DNA of 64,000 nucleotides, from contig CAVWXK010000001.1 in assembly GCA_963759165.1 (NCBI GenBank), positions 3,203,725-3,267,724 on the forward strand. The letters are read 5' to 3'. The notes beneath the pieces are model-generated. The model did not search any database and was not told the origin of the DNA. It saw only the letters and a program-made list of their open reading frames with translations. The DNA comes from an uncultured Pseudomonadota bacterium (GTDB lineage Bacteria > Desulfobacterota > Binatia > Binatales > Binataceae). Made by a program: the position numbers and the translations under genes. Below are positions 19,859 to 32,594 of the stretch, one piece after another. Position 1 is the first letter of the stretch, and each line of letters opens with the position of its first letter.

Positions 19859-20716
19859 GCGCGCGATGTCGTGATGGCGGACCTGAACCTCGTCGAGCCC
19901 GCCGGCGCGCAATCGAGCCTGTAATTCCTCGGCCAGAACCGGCGAGCGATGCCTTCCGCCGGTGCATCCAAGTCCGATCGACAGATAGCGCTTGCCCTCG
20001 CCTCGATACAACGGCAGCAGAAAGTCGAGCAGGCGGCCAACCTCGTCGACGAAGCGACACGCCTGCGGCTGCGCCATCACGTAGCGGCTGACCTCGGGGT
20101 CGCGGCCGTCGAGCGCCTTGAGTTCGGGGACGAAAAACGGATTGGGCATGAACCGCACATCGAACACCAGATCGAGACCGACCGGCATGCCATATTTGTA
20201 GCCGAAGGAAACCAGCGCGATCGCCATCCGGTCCGCGGTCGCCGAACCCATAACGGCGGCGGTGATCACTTCGCGCAGCTCGTGGACGGTAAGCGTCGTG
20301 GTATCGATGATGCGGTTGGCGCGCTCGCGCATCTCGGCCAGTGCCAGCCGCTCGAGGCGGATACTCTCGGCGACCGTAGCGCCGGTTTCGGCCAAAGGAT
20401 GGGGCCTGCGGGTCTCCGAGTAGCGACGCGCCAGAACGTCGTCGGAAGCGTCGAGGAACAGCACCTCGGGGTTGAATCCGCGTTGCTCGAGCTCCGTGAA
20501 CACCCGCGGCCATTCGGGAAAAAACAAGCGCTCGCGGGCGTCGACACCAAGCGCCACGCCTTTCAATGCGGGGTCGCGTCCGGTGGCGAGCGTCAACACG
20601 CTGGAGGCGAGGGCAACCGGCAGATTATCAACGCAATAGAAGCCCAGATCCTCCAACACCCGCATCGTGGAGGCCCGGCCGGAGCCCGAAACGCCGGTGA
20701 CAATGATCAGACGCAT
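19856..20716 (-). CDS. rapZ: RNase adapter RapZ
   Basis: VTGVSGSGR, YCVDNLP, RRYSETRRPHPL, SFGYKYG, GCTGGRHRS; start could be GTG 20725. Confidence 0.93.
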   Translation of the reverse strand: MRLIIVTGVSGSGRASTMRVLEDLGFYCVDNLPVALASSVLTLATGRDPALKGVALGVDARERLFFPEWPRVFTELEQRGFNPEVLFLDASDDVLARRYSETRRPHPLAETGATVAESIRLERLALAEMRERANRIIDTTTLTVHELREVITAAVMGSATADRMAIALVSFGYKYGMPVGLDLVFDVRFMPNPFFVPELKALDGRDPEVSRYVMAQPQACRFVDEVGRLLDFLLPLYRGEGKRYLSIGLGCTGGRHRSPVLAEELQARLRAGGLDEVQVRHHDIAR

Positions 20717-20789
20717 CTCTTGCACCGTCGAGTTCGATCGCACGCCTCGACCGCCGGACAAAGCAGGAACTTCGGGCCGGGAGGCGAAT

Positions 20790-21251
20790 TCAGTATCGTG
20801 CGTCTTCCTCTTTGATCAGGCGGTAGATTTCGGCGGCGTCGGCGGCCTTGAGCAGGCGGTCGCGAAAACTCTCGTCCTTGAACAGGCGCGATACGCGGGC
20901 CAGCGCCTTGAGGTGCAGGCTGGCCGAGTCCTCGGGCGCCACCAGCACGAAAAACAGCTGGGTCGGCTTGCCGTCGAGCGATTCGAAATCGACGCCGGCC
21001 TGACTTCGCCCAAAGATGCCGATGATCCGCTGCAAGCCTTTGAGCTTGCCGTGCGGGATCGCGATACCGTCGCCGATCGCCGTCGAGCCCATCCGCTCGC
21101 GTTCGCTCAGCACCGCGACCAGCTTGTCCAGCGGGACTTCGCTAACCGTCGCGCAAAGGGTATTGGCCAATTCACGCAGAACCTCGGGCTTGGTCTGCCC
21201 GCTCAACGCCGGCACCACCATTTCGGGAGTCAGGATATCTGTGATCTTCAT
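20790..21251 (-). CDS. ptsN: PTS IIA-Ntr
   Basis: ERERMGSTAIGDGIAIPHGK, HLKALARVS; rpoN cluster. Confidence 0.9.
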   Translation of the reverse strand: MKITDILTPEMVVPALSGQTKPEVLRELANTLCATVSEVPLDKLVAVLSERERMGSTAIGDGIAIPHGKLKGLQRIIGIFGRSQAGVDFESLDGKPTQLFFVLVAPEDSASLHLKALARVSRLFKDESFRDRLLKAADAAEIYRLIKEEDARY

Positions 21252-21427
21252 GCCTCGTAACCGGGATAAACCCTATCGGAAGCGGGCTGCGCGGTAATCG
21301 TCAGCCTTTCTGGTTTAATTCACTCTTTCATTCTTTCGTTTTTCGCTTTGTCACTCGGTCAGGCCGCGTCTTGCGGCATCATCTCCGCGACGCGAGAGGA
21401 ACTTGTCTCCAAGTCGAAGCGCCAGGG

Positions 21428-21856
21428 TCACGCCCTGCGACCCGGAGGCAACTGTTCGGCGGCGGTAAAGACCTCGCCCGCCGAGGCTGCCCGGGTTTTC
21501 CTGGTTGCGACTTTCTCAAGCTCTTTCTTGAGCTGGCGCTCGACCTTGTCGGCCAGCAGATCGATAACCGAGTAGAGGTCCTTGGTTTCAGCCTGCGCGG
21601 CCACGGTGAGCCGGCCCGATTTGACGGTAACCTCGCCGTGCTGGCGGTACTTGTCAACCGCAAGGATGAGATGGGCCTGGGTAGCGCGCTTGAGGAACTT
21701 CGAGATGTGTCCCAGCTTGCGCTCGGCGTACTGCTGCAGGGCCGCGGTCGGCTCGACGTGACGAAAGGTCACGCTTACCTCGGTCGGCGGCGGGCCGGCG
21801 GGACGCGCACTCTTACTGCCCTGCTTCGCTTTACCCTTGATGCTCATCCTGGCCAT
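21428..21856 (-). CDS. hpf: Ribosome hibernation factor (HPF/RaiA)
   Basis: VTFRHVEPTAAL, DLYSVIDLLADKVERQL; directly after rpoN. Confidence 0.88.
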   Translation of the reverse strand: MARMSIKGKAKQGSKSARPAGPPPTEVSVTFRHVEPTAALQQYAERKLGHISKFLKRATQAHLILAVDKYRQHGEVTVKSGRLTVAAQAETKDLYSVIDLLADKVERQLKKELEKVATRKTRAASAGEVFTAAEQLPPGRRA

Positions 21857-21869
21857 GCCTCGCTTTATC

Positions 21870-23426
21870 TCAATCGGGATGCTTGCGGCGGGCAGACGGC
21901 AAAATGCCGAGCGCCTGACGATACTTGGCCACCGTGCGCCGCGCGATATTGACCTGGGAACGCCGCAAGCTCTCGGCGATCGCCTGATCGGAAAGCGGGT
22001 CGCGGCGATCCTCGGCCGCCACCAGATTCCGGATGGTCTCCTTGACGGTCTCGGCGCTCACGTCCTCGCCGCCGGCGCCCTTGACGCTGGAGGTGAAAAA
22101 GAATTTGAGCTCGAAGATGCCCTGCGGTGTATGCGCGTATTTGTTGGCGGTGGCGCGACTGATGGTCGATTCGTGCATGCCGATGTCGTCGGCAACGTCC
22201 TTCAGCACCAGCGGGCGGAGCTGGCTGATGCCGTGGTCGAAGAATCCACGCTGGAACTTGACGATCGAATTGGCGACCTTAAAAATCGTTTGCTGGCGCT
22301 GGTAGATCGATTTGACCAGCCATCGCGCCGAACGCAGGCGCTCCTGGAGGTAATCCTTGGTTGCGGCGCTGGCGTCATTGTCGCGCAAAACGCGCTGGTA
22401 ATAACCGGAGAGCCGAAGCCGGGGCGCCGCGTCTTCATTCAGCGAAACCATGTACTCGTCGCCGAGCTTGTGGATGAAAACATCCGGGACGATGTAAGTG
22501 GCTTCCTGTTCGCCGTAGTCGCGGCCGGGTTTGGGCTCAAGCAGCGCCACCACTTTCACCGCCTGAAGCGCCAGTTCCTGGGAAACCCCGAGCGCCTTGG
22601 CGAGTTCGGCGTAGCGATGGCGTTCGAGCAGGCCCAGGTGATTCTTCACGATCCGGGCGGCCAGCGAGTCTTCCATCCCCATGTTGGCGAGCTGGCGGAA
22701 AAGGCACTCGCTCAGGTCGCGCGCCGCCACTCCCGGCGGATCGAAGCGCTGGACCCGCGCCAGCACGCGCTCGACCTCGCCGACCTGGCCGTCGAGCTGG
22801 GCCGCCAGTTCTTCGAGCGGCGTCTCCAGATAACCGTCCTTGTTTAGGTTGTAGATGATAGTGGCGGCGATTTGCTGGTCGGCCTCGCTCAGGCCCGAGA
22901 GCCTCAGTTGCCACATCAGATGTTCTTCGAGCGAGGTCTTGCGGGTGAGCGTGTTCTCGACCGCCAGCCGACGCTCGTCGTTTTCTTCGCCGCCAGAGCT
23001 GTCCTGCCAGTTGTTGGAATAGTTGTCGAGATATTCGCGCCAGTCGAGCTTATCCAGGGAGCCAAGCTCCTTGAGCTCGGCCGCGGCGTCGCGGGATTCA
23101 AGCGGAGCGGCCTCGCCGGACGACGCGGACTCAGGCGGCAACTCGACATCAGGGGTCGAGAGCGCGGTCAACGGTTCGTTATCCTCGCCCAACGCGTCGG
23201 CTGAGCCGGCGTCTCCGTTATCCGCGCCGCCCGCTTCATCGCCGTTCTGTTCCGCAGCGCGATCGGCCATCTCCAGCATCGGATTCTGGTCGAGTTCCTT
23301 CTGGACCACGACCTCAAGCTCCGGCAGCGCAAGCTGCAGGATCTTGATTGCCTGCTGCAACTGCGGCGTCATCACCAGCTGCTGCCGCAGTCTGAGTTCC
23401 TGTCCTAGTTTAGCCTCAAGTGCCAT
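21870..23426 (-). CDS. rpoN: RNA polymerase sigma-54 factor
   Basis: MTPQLQQAIKILQL, HESTISRA, RpoN box ARRTVAKYR. Confidence 0.97.
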   Translation of the reverse strand: MALEAKLGQELRLRQQLVMTPQLQQAIKILQLALPELEVVVQKELDQNPMLEMADRAAEQNGDEAGGADNGDAGSADALGEDNEPLTALSTPDVELPPESASSGEAAPLESRDAAAELKELGSLDKLDWREYLDNYSNNWQDSSGGEENDERRLAVENTLTRKTSLEEHLMWQLRLSGLSEADQQIAATIIYNLNKDGYLETPLEELAAQLDGQVGEVERVLARVQRFDPPGVAARDLSECLFRQLANMGMEDSLAARIVKNHLGLLERHRYAELAKALGVSQELALQAVKVVALLEPKPGRDYGEQEATYIVPDVFIHKLGDEYMVSLNEDAAPRLRLSGYYQRVLRDNDASAATKDYLQERLRSARWLVKSIYQRQQTIFKVANSIVKFQRGFFDHGISQLRPLVLKDVADDIGMHESTISRATANKYAHTPQGIFELKFFFTSSVKGAGGEDVSAETVKETIRNLVAAEDRRDPLSDQAIAESLRRSQVNIARRTVAKYRQALGILPSARRKHPD

Positions 23427-23441
23427 CGGAACGAACTTTTA

Positions 23442-24215
23442 TCAATCGTCGTCTTTCGAAGTCTTGGCGTCGGAGTCTTCCGAGTGGTGCGGGAAGACTA
23501 CCGCGTGCGCGTTGTCGACCACGCTCTTCTCGGTATCAAGATATATCAGGATTCGGGTTCCGGCCACCTGGTCCTGTCCGTCGTGGATAACAGGAGTCCC
23601 GGTCATCTCGACCGTGCGGTTAACCTGGTTGAGCTTCGCCCAATTGCTGGTGGCCCAACGACCGCCCTGGCTCATGTGGACGTGGCCTGTCGCTATAGCC
23701 TCTCGGAGGTCCGCCATCTTGTCGGTAGTGAGCACCTGCAAAACATCGGAAGTGAGTGTGGCGGTGCCCTGCGTTACGTGCACATGGCCGCGATACCAAA
23801 CGATGTTCGCCTTGTAATCGAGCTCCATTCTGTCGGCGTGGATATGCACCGGGCCCTTGTCGTTGGACAGGCGAAGCGACTGAAACGGGGTGTCCTTACT
23901 CTCGGCTTTCTGAGCCTTGGCAGGAGCCGGCCTCTCGCCGGCCTTGGTCTTTGGGGTTGCCATGGGAGCGACCGTCGGAGTCGCCGCAGGCTGACCTGGC
24001 TTGGCGATGGTAGTCTTCCCGGAGCTCGCCCGCCGCCCGGCCGCCTTTTTGTGGGGCGCGGCGCCGGTGCTTTCAGCGGAGGGAGATGCGGATGGCGACG
24101 GAGTCTCCATCGCGGTTTGCGCTATCGCGGAACCTGCGGTCGCCAGGATCAGGACCAGCGCGAACACCAGCCCCCGTGAGCGGATCGTCAGGTGGTTAGG
24201 ATTTCGATCCGGCAC
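23442..24215 (-). CDS. lptA: LPS transport periplasmic protein LptA/OstA
   Basis: Signal peptide, low-complexity linker, PVHIHADRM, GHVHVTQG, ATGHVHMSQ (OstA jellyroll). Confidence 0.85.
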   Translation of the reverse strand: MPDRNPNHLTIRSRGLVFALVLILATAGSAIAQTAMETPSPSASPSAESTGAAPHKKAAGRRASSGKTTIAKPGQPAATPTVAPMATPKTKAGERPAPAKAQKAESKDTPFQSLRLSNDKGPVHIHADRMELDYKANIVWYRGHVHVTQGTATLTSDVLQVLTTDKMADLREAIATGHVHMSQGGRWATSNWAKLNQVNRTVEMTGTPVIHDGQDQVAGTRILIYLDTEKSVVDNAHAVVFPHHSEDSDAKTSKDDD

Positions 24216-24804
24216 TGGTGGTGGTCCCCTTTCTGAGTTCGGTGCTCACCTGATGTTGCAAGGCGAAACGCCGTGCTTTGGGATGCCCTTCGAGGCCGAC
24301 CCCATTAACGGTGAACCCCGGGCTTTGAATCTCGACCGGGCCTGAGGTCTGGAGCACGTCGCGGTCCGGCATGAACGTGGCCTCGGTCATGCTGATTTCG
24401 ACATCCTCGTACTTTATTTTGAGACCTCCTTTGAGCCAGGCCTCTTCGATATGTTTGCCGTTCATTTTGAGATCGGCGGTCGCCGAGTGCAGTTTCACGA
24501 TCTTGCCGTCATCGAGCTCCATCAGCAGGTCCGGCTCGCGCAATTTCAGCACGGTCTTGTCGTCCGAGTAACTCGCTTCGCGAGCCCACAGCTCCCACTG
24601 CTTGCGATCGCCCTTCATTTGGGTCCAATGAAAATTGCTCGCGTGCAAAAGCGAACCGGGAACCATGTCGAGCGTCTTCCTGAGCGCCGCATTCGGATCG
24701 CCGTGAATCATTTTGGGAATCGCGACCACGGCGATCGCCACCAGGGATGCGGCTCCCACCACCGCCAGCGTTCCGGCAACCATCTTCGGACTAATTTTCA
24801 GCAT
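24196..24804 (-). CDS. lptC: LPS export protein LptC
   Basis: N-terminal TM, QWELWAREASY, TSGPVEI...GVGL; position upstream of lptA. Confidence 0.82.
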   Translation of the reverse strand: MLKISPKMVAGTLAVVGAASLVAIAVVAIPKMIHGDPNAALRKTLDMVPGSLLHASNFHWTQMKGDRKQWELWAREASYSDDKTVLKLREPDLLMELDDGKIVKLHSATADLKMNGKHIEEAWLKGGLKIKYEDVEISMTEATFMPDRDVLQTSGPVEIQSPGFTVNGVGLEGHPKARRFALQHQVSTELRKGTTTSAGSKS

Positions 24805-24864
24805 TGGCGTTTACCGTCCCGGTTTGTCGATCGCGCTGGGGCCTGACTGAGCCTCTTGCCCGAT

Positions 24865-25704
24865 TCACTCGGCTCCGATCATCCGCTCGGAACGGACCAG
24901 ATCGTCGATCTTCCTGAGGGAGTCCAGCAGCGCGGGCAGGTGGTCCAATGGATATGAGTTGGGGCCGTCGCTTAGCGCCCGCTCGGGATCTTCGTGGACT
25001 TCCATGAAGACCGCGTCGATGCCGACCGCGGTCGCCCCGCGCGCCAGCGGCGCGACGAACTCCCGCTGCCCCAGCGAACACTCGCCGCCGGCACCCGGCA
25101 GTTGCACGGAATGAGTGGCGTCGAAGATCACCGGGTAGCCGAAGCTTCGCATGATCACCAGCGAGCGCAGGTCGGAAACCAGATTGTTGTATCCAAAGCG
25201 AGTAGCCGCGCTCGGTCACCAGCAGGCGGCGATTGCCCGCGCTCTCGGCCTTGGATACGACCGCGCGCATGTCCCACGGCGCCAGGAACTGCCCCTTCTT
25301 TAGATTGATCGCGGCGCCGCTCGACGCCGCGGCCATCACCAGGTCGGTCTGGCGCGAGAGCAGCGCCGGGATTTGCAGCACGTCGACCACGGTGGCGGCG
25401 GCGGCGGCCTGGGCGGGTTCGTGGACGTCGGTCAGCAGCGGGATTCCCAACTCGCGCTTCACGCGGGCCAGGATTTCCAATCCGCCTTCGAGCCCGGGAC
25501 CGCGAAACGACTTGTGACTGGTGCGGTTAGCCTTGTCGAATGAGCATTTGAAAACCAGCGGCATCCCGGCCCGCCGCGCGATCGCCGCCAGGCGCTCCGC
25601 GTGGCGCATGCAGGCCTCTTCGTTTTCGATCACGCAGGGGCCGGCGATCAGCACCATCCTGGGGCCGCCGAATACCACCTCGCCGACTTTTACCTGGGTT
25701 ACGC

Positions 25705-25708
<4 letters not shown>
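24865..25708 (-). CDS. kdsA: KDO-8-phosphate synthase, one frameshift in this assembly
   Basis: [26 protein letters not shown], then [18 protein letters not shown]; extra base near 25199 breaks ERGYS|FGYNN. GTG start overlaps the pyrG TGA. Confidence 0.9.
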
Positions 25709-27367
<1,659 letters not shown>

Positions 27368-28132
27368 TCACCTCCCAGCCGTCACGCTCGATTCCGGCCG
27401 CAATCTGGCAGGCGCGGGCCAAGTCCTCGGCAGTATCTACCTCAAGCGAGGGCTTCACGGAAGCGACGACCCGGATGCGGTAGCCGTTTTCGAGCGCGCG
27501 CAACTGTTCAAGCTTTTCGATCATCTCCAGCACTCCCGGCGCGAGCGCGGCAAAGCGTCAGCAGAAAATCGCGGCGATAGGCATAGACCCCGATATGGCG
27601 GCGCGCCTGCGGCCGGGATGCCGCCGTCGCGCGCATAACGGAATCGGGCTGCGCGAGAAATAGAGCGCGTCGCCGCGTACGTCGCATACCACCTTTACCA
27701 CATTCGGGTTGTGCCATTCTTCCGGTCCGGCGATTGGCGTGGCCAGCGTCGCCATCGCTCAGCGCCGGCTCGGCGCGCATCGGCGCCGACCAGCGCGTCG
27801 AGATCGGCGGGATCGACGAACGGCAGATCGCCCTGCACGTTGATATAGATGTCGGCCGCGAACCGCGCGGGCCACCTCGGCGATACGATCGGTGCCGCTG
27901 GGATGCTCGCTCGAGGTCATAATCGCCTCGCCGCCGGCGGCCTGTCACCACGTCGGCGATTCGGCGTCGTCGGTAGCGACGACTACGCGATGGATCGAGC
28001 GCGCCAGGCTCGCCTGGCGCCACACCCGCACCACCATCGGCACGCCCGCGATATCGCTCAGCGCCTTGGCCGGGCAGACTGGCTCGAGCCGTAGCGCGCG
28101 GGAATCACCGCGATTACCGATTCGACGGCCAC
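27368..28132 (-). CDS. kdsB: CMP-KDO synthetase, multiple frameshifts in this assembly
   Basis: Fragments in several frames: [17 protein letters not shown]...[37 protein letters not shown]; boundaries approximate. Confidence 0.85.
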
Positions 28133-29719
28133 TAGCTCACTCCGTCCATGGAAATCGTAATGGCCGGAAGACCGCCGGCAAGATATCCGACCTTAGCGGC
28201 TGGTCTAAACTTGCTCTCGCGAAACAATTGCCGAGTGACGATTGAACCCACAAACCGCCCGGCCGGCGACGCGCCGGCCGCCACTGCGAGTTTTACTACT
28301 ACTGCTGCTATTTCGCCCGCCGGATGCGGCTGCGCCGCATCCGCCGCTTGCGGGACTTGGCCTGGGCCGGATCGGTGCGCCGTTTGCGGGCCAGCCGCCG
28401 GTTGCGTCGGTTGCGTTGGCGTGAAGCTTCTGTCATCGCGTCTACCTGTGATTGGAATTGATACACCAGTACCTCGGATCGCCGCGCTAGTGCGGCAGCC
28501 GCGGTGGTGCCCTGATAGCGCGTTACTACTTGCCGTTTGGCGCCCGATGCACGCTGCTCGGTACTGCCCACCGGTACCGGACATAGCGCGCCGACCTGGT
28601 CCAGAACGCGCGTGCCCTCATGCACGATACCTGGCCCACCGGCGCGCCCACCGGCAGCGGTCCGCTGACCGAAGCCGGAACGTCGTACTCGAGCTTGACG
28701 TTGCCGAATTCTGCTCCTTGGGCAGAACGACTCTGACGGTCGCTCGGCGGCCACCGGCTGGATGAGCGGACCGCCCTGGGCCACCTGGACATGGACCGGA
28801 AGTGGTTCGCCGCGCTTCAGGACTCGACGCGAGTGAAGTTATCGAAGCCCCATCGAGTAGATGCGCCGCCTGGCGGAAGCGCTCGGGATTGGAAGGCGCA
28901 CCCAGCACCACCGCGATCAGACGCATATCGCCGCGCTTGGCGGTCGCGGTAAGATTGAAGCCGGCGTGATAGGTGAATCCGGTCTTGAGCCCGTCGCATC
29001 CCTCGAAATGGCCGATCAGATGGTTGGTGTTGTGAAGCACCGCCTCGCCATCGTCGAACGAGCGCCTGCTCCATGGCTCGACCATCGCAGCAGGTCGGTA
29101 TTATGAATCAGCGCGCGGCCCAAGGTGCGCGAGATCGTAGGCGTTGGTGATATCAACGTCGTGCGCGGGACGCGGCGGGAGGCCGTCAACGGTGTTGTAC
29201 ACGGTATGAGTCAGGCCCAGGCTCTGCGCCCGCTGGTTCATCATACGCACGCAGGCCTCGGTCGAGCCGGCGATTTTTTCCGCCACCGCCACCGCGGCGT
29301 CATTCGCCGACTTGATCAATGCCGCCTTCATCAATTCGCCCAGCGGATAGACCTCGCCCTCGCGCAGGCCCAGGTGCGAGCCGCCAGTGGTGGCGGCGCG
29401 TGCCGAGATCCGCACCGGATCGGTCAGGCGGAAACCGTCCCGCCTTAATCTGGTCCTGGGCGACCAGCAGCAGCATCATTTTGGCCATCGAGGCCGGCGG
29501 CCATGGCATTGCGGCATTCGATTCGTAGAGCACCTTGCCGGTATCGGCGTCTTCGAGCAGCGCGCCCCGGTACGGTGGCGCGTGCCTGGCGGTCCGCTTG
29601 GTGTGAGAATGGCGACGAAGCCGTGACCCGGCCTCCGCCTTAAGTGCGGGCAGCAGGATACAGGCGCACAGCGCCGCCGCCGCAGTGGTTAACCATTTTC
29701 TGTTCCGCCACCCTTCCAA
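28132..29719 (-). CDS. dacA: D-alanyl-D-alanine carboxypeptidase (PBP5/DacA family), multiple frameshifts
   Basis: Fragments PPASMAKMM (SxxK), SANDAA (SxN), GLKTGFT (KTG); TTG 29719 follows AGGAGG; boundaries approximate. Confidence 0.8.
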
Positions 29720-29736
29720 TTGCCACCTCCTCCCTG

Positions 29737-30499
29737 TCACGACTCCAGCCACCGCTCAGGGTGTGTGTACAAATCCGTCGCATCCCGAGCGGATTTGCTA
29801 TCGGCGCGCTCCAGACGCTCCAGAGCGGCGAGATTTGCGCGGGCCGGCTCGATAGGCCGGTTTGGTGCGGACCAACTCCGTCCATTCCTCGCGGGCACGC
29901 GCGTAGTTGCCCTGCTCCGCGTAAATTACCCCCAACGTGTTAAGTGCATCCGCCTGGTTCGGATCGAGGCGCAGGCTCAGGAGCAACTGCTGCTCCGCCC
30001 GCGCCAGCATCCCGCGACGCTCGTACGCGAGGCCAAGATTGAAATGGGTTTCAGGTCGGTCGGGGCCAAGCAGCGTGGCCAACTCCAAAATATCGGTCGC
30101 CGCATCCATCCGCCCATTCTCGAAGTAAAGCAGGCCGAGGTTCAAAAACAGCGCCCAGTCGCTCAGCCCCAGCTCCACCGCCTCACGATATTGCGCCAGC
30201 TCATCCTTATGTTTCCCGATCATGCCGTAGGCGAAGCCCAGATGGTAGTGCGCGAGCGCATTGTCAGGATGCTGTTTGAGGATCTTCAAATGCAGGCGAA
30301 TCGCCTCCTGGTAATCCTCCATGCCGAGAAAGTAGTCGGCCAGAGGATCGCAAATTTCGTCCTGTGCCTCGAGGTCGGCGGCGGCCCGGGCTTCGATCAC
30401 CGGCCATTGCACCAACACTATAGCGAGCGCGAACAACGCGGCCCAGGACAAAAACTTATTACTCAAGATTGATAAGCCTCGAATGCCATATAAGAACAC
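29737..30499 (-). CDS. Tetratricopeptide repeat protein (frameshift near 3' end)
   Basis: Repeated TPR motifs (AHYHLGFAY, FLNLGLLY, HFNLGLAY, LNTLGVIY), signal/TM; frame break near 29840. Confidence 0.8.
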
Positions 30500-30739
30500 A
30501 CCCGAAGCATTTTTATACTAGCAGGAATAACGATCAGGCATAGAGGAAGGCGAACATTTTTAACGATCGCTCGCCTTATTTCGATGGTGTGACGGGAGAT
30601 GGCGAAGAACCCCGCGCACGGGGGATCGCAGAAGGAAAACAGGTTCGTCGCGATTCAAGATCGCGACGAAACCGGGACAACACTACAGGCGCGACGCCGC
30701 GGATGCCGCGGCGCTGCGCCTGCATCAACGGATTCAGTC

Positions 30740-31018
30740 TTACTTGGTGGCAGGCGAAGCAGCAGGAGCCGGGGCCGCAGGCGCAGCCGGAGCTGCTGCT
30801 TCCTTGGCAGCCGCCTTCTTGGCCTTGTGCTTGGCCTTGTGCTTGGCCTTTTTCTCGGCCTTCTTCTCAGCCTTGGTCTCGGCGGCGGCGGGGGCCTTTT
30901 CGGTCGTCGCGGCGGCCGCAGCGGCAGGCGCCGGCTCGGATGCGGTCTGGGCCATTGCCGGAACGGCGAGGGCGCCGGCGAGCAGGGCTGCGGTCAATAC
31001 GGATAGAGTGCGCTTCAT
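30740..31018 (-). CDS. Small secreted Ala/Lys/Pro-rich protein (Asr-like composition)
   Basis: Signal peptide ending AMA, EKKAEKKAKHKAKHKAKK repeats, AGGAG upstream. Confidence 0.75.
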   Translation of the reverse strand: MKRTLSVLTAALLAGALAVPAMAQTASEPAPAAAAAATTEKAPAAAETKAEKKAEKKAKHKAKHKAKKAAAKEAAAPAAPAAPAPAASPATK

Positions 31019-31186
31019 ACCTTTTCGGGTCTCCTTTGGTTAAACCCTTTGGGGGCTCACTGGTTGTTCTATTATCAGCAATAGCGAGCATCGTGCCATC
31101 GCCTTCGGCGAAGAAAACATCTTTGAAAACAAGGAAGATTCCGCGTTCGACTTCCCTCGACCGGCGGCTCGGCTTACGCAAGTAGT

Positions 31187-32000
31187 CTAGGGCGTCACCC
31201 GCTTTGGTATGAGACGACGGAACTCGTCGGAACCGCGCCCATCGGCGGCGCTCATCAATGCCCGCCCTTCGCCGCGGCTCGGCGCTCGGCGCGGAATTCC
31301 CGGAAAGGCGGAACAGTTCGCCAAACGCGCGCAGGATGACCTTAAGATTCGCGCCCGATTGTTCGCCCGTCATGCTGAGGCATATGGCTGACCTCGACCT
31401 CCCCTATCCGCGCTCCGCGCGCCGCGAGCCGGGCCATCAGTTCGGTCGAGATCATCGCTCCGCGAGCGCGCAATTCGAGACCATCCAGCAATTCGCGCTT
31501 GAACAATTTGAATCCGCAATCGATATCGCTGGATCCTGATACTGAACAACAGCCGCACCAGCATCGTCCAGACGTAGCCGTTGATTCGGCGCATCAGCGG
31601 GTCGGCGCGCCGGATCCGGTGTCCGACCACGATGTCGTATTCAGGCGTCTTGGCGGCCAGCAGCGTGATATCGCCGGGGATCGAACTGGCCGTCGCCGTC
31701 GGCATAGCAGACATAGGGCATCCTCGCCGCGCGCACGCCCGAGATCACGGCTCCGCCGTAGCCCCGGTTAACCGGATGGTGAACGACCTTGACGTGAGTG
31801 TCGGCTGCGGCCAGGCGGTCGGCGATTTCGCCGGTGCGGTCGCGGCTGCCGTCGTTGACCACGATAATCTCGTAATCGTCTGCGAGGTCGACGGAATACG
31901 CCGCGAATCCTTGACCACCCGCTCGACGTTGCCTTCTTCGTTATGCAGGGCAGGAACACGCTCAGTCCCGGCATCGGCGCGCGGCTTCTGACGGTCATCG
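31187..32000 (-). CDS. Glycosyltransferase family 2 (DPM-synthase-like), multiple frameshifts
   Basis: Fragments PALHNEEGNV, VNDGSRDRTG, HPVNRGYGGA, YADGDGQFD, GEQSGAN; boundaries approximate. Confidence 0.75.
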
Positions 32001-32026
32001 GTTGGGAGGAGGGGCAATTTCGCGAG

Positions 32027-32501
32027 TCAGCCAGGCTTCGATAGCCGCCGCGGTAAAACAGAAGAGGCTTGGCTTCTCGGGTCTCGGTCTGCTCGATCTC
32101 GCCGACGAAGATCGTGTGGTCGCCGCCCTCATATGCGCCGACGACCTTGCATTCGAGATAGGCCAGCACGCCGTTGAGGATCGGTGCATTGTTGGCGCCC
32201 ATGCCGATAGCCGACCCCTTCAAACTTATTCCGCCCCGGTAATCGCGAAACGGCGGGAGATGTCTTCCTGATCGTCGGCGAGAAAATTGACCGTGTAGCA
32301 TTTGCTTTCTTCAAAGCACTGATAGCTCTCGGCGCGCTTGTCCACGCATACCAGTACCAGCGGAGGCACCAGCGAAACCGAGGTAAAGGAATTGGCGGTC
32401 AGGCCATAGAGCTTTCCGGCCTTGGAGACCGTGGTGACCACGGTGACGCCGGTCGGAAAATGGCCCATCACGCGGCGCAGTTCGGTTTTGTCAATCGGCA
32501 T
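32027..32501 (-). CDS. Flavin reductase family protein, frameshifted
   Basis: LRRVMGHFPTGVTVVT, ANSFTSVSL, then GGDHTIFVGE, PLLFYRGGY in another frame (break near 32230); 3' end approximate. Confidence 0.8.
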
Positions 32502-32594
32502 TTACTGTTTCCTCGAGTGCCGCGAATCGTAACAGACGCTTCGAATGGCGGTCAAATAAGGGAACTTGGAAAGGCTGCCGGCAAGCGAAACCCG

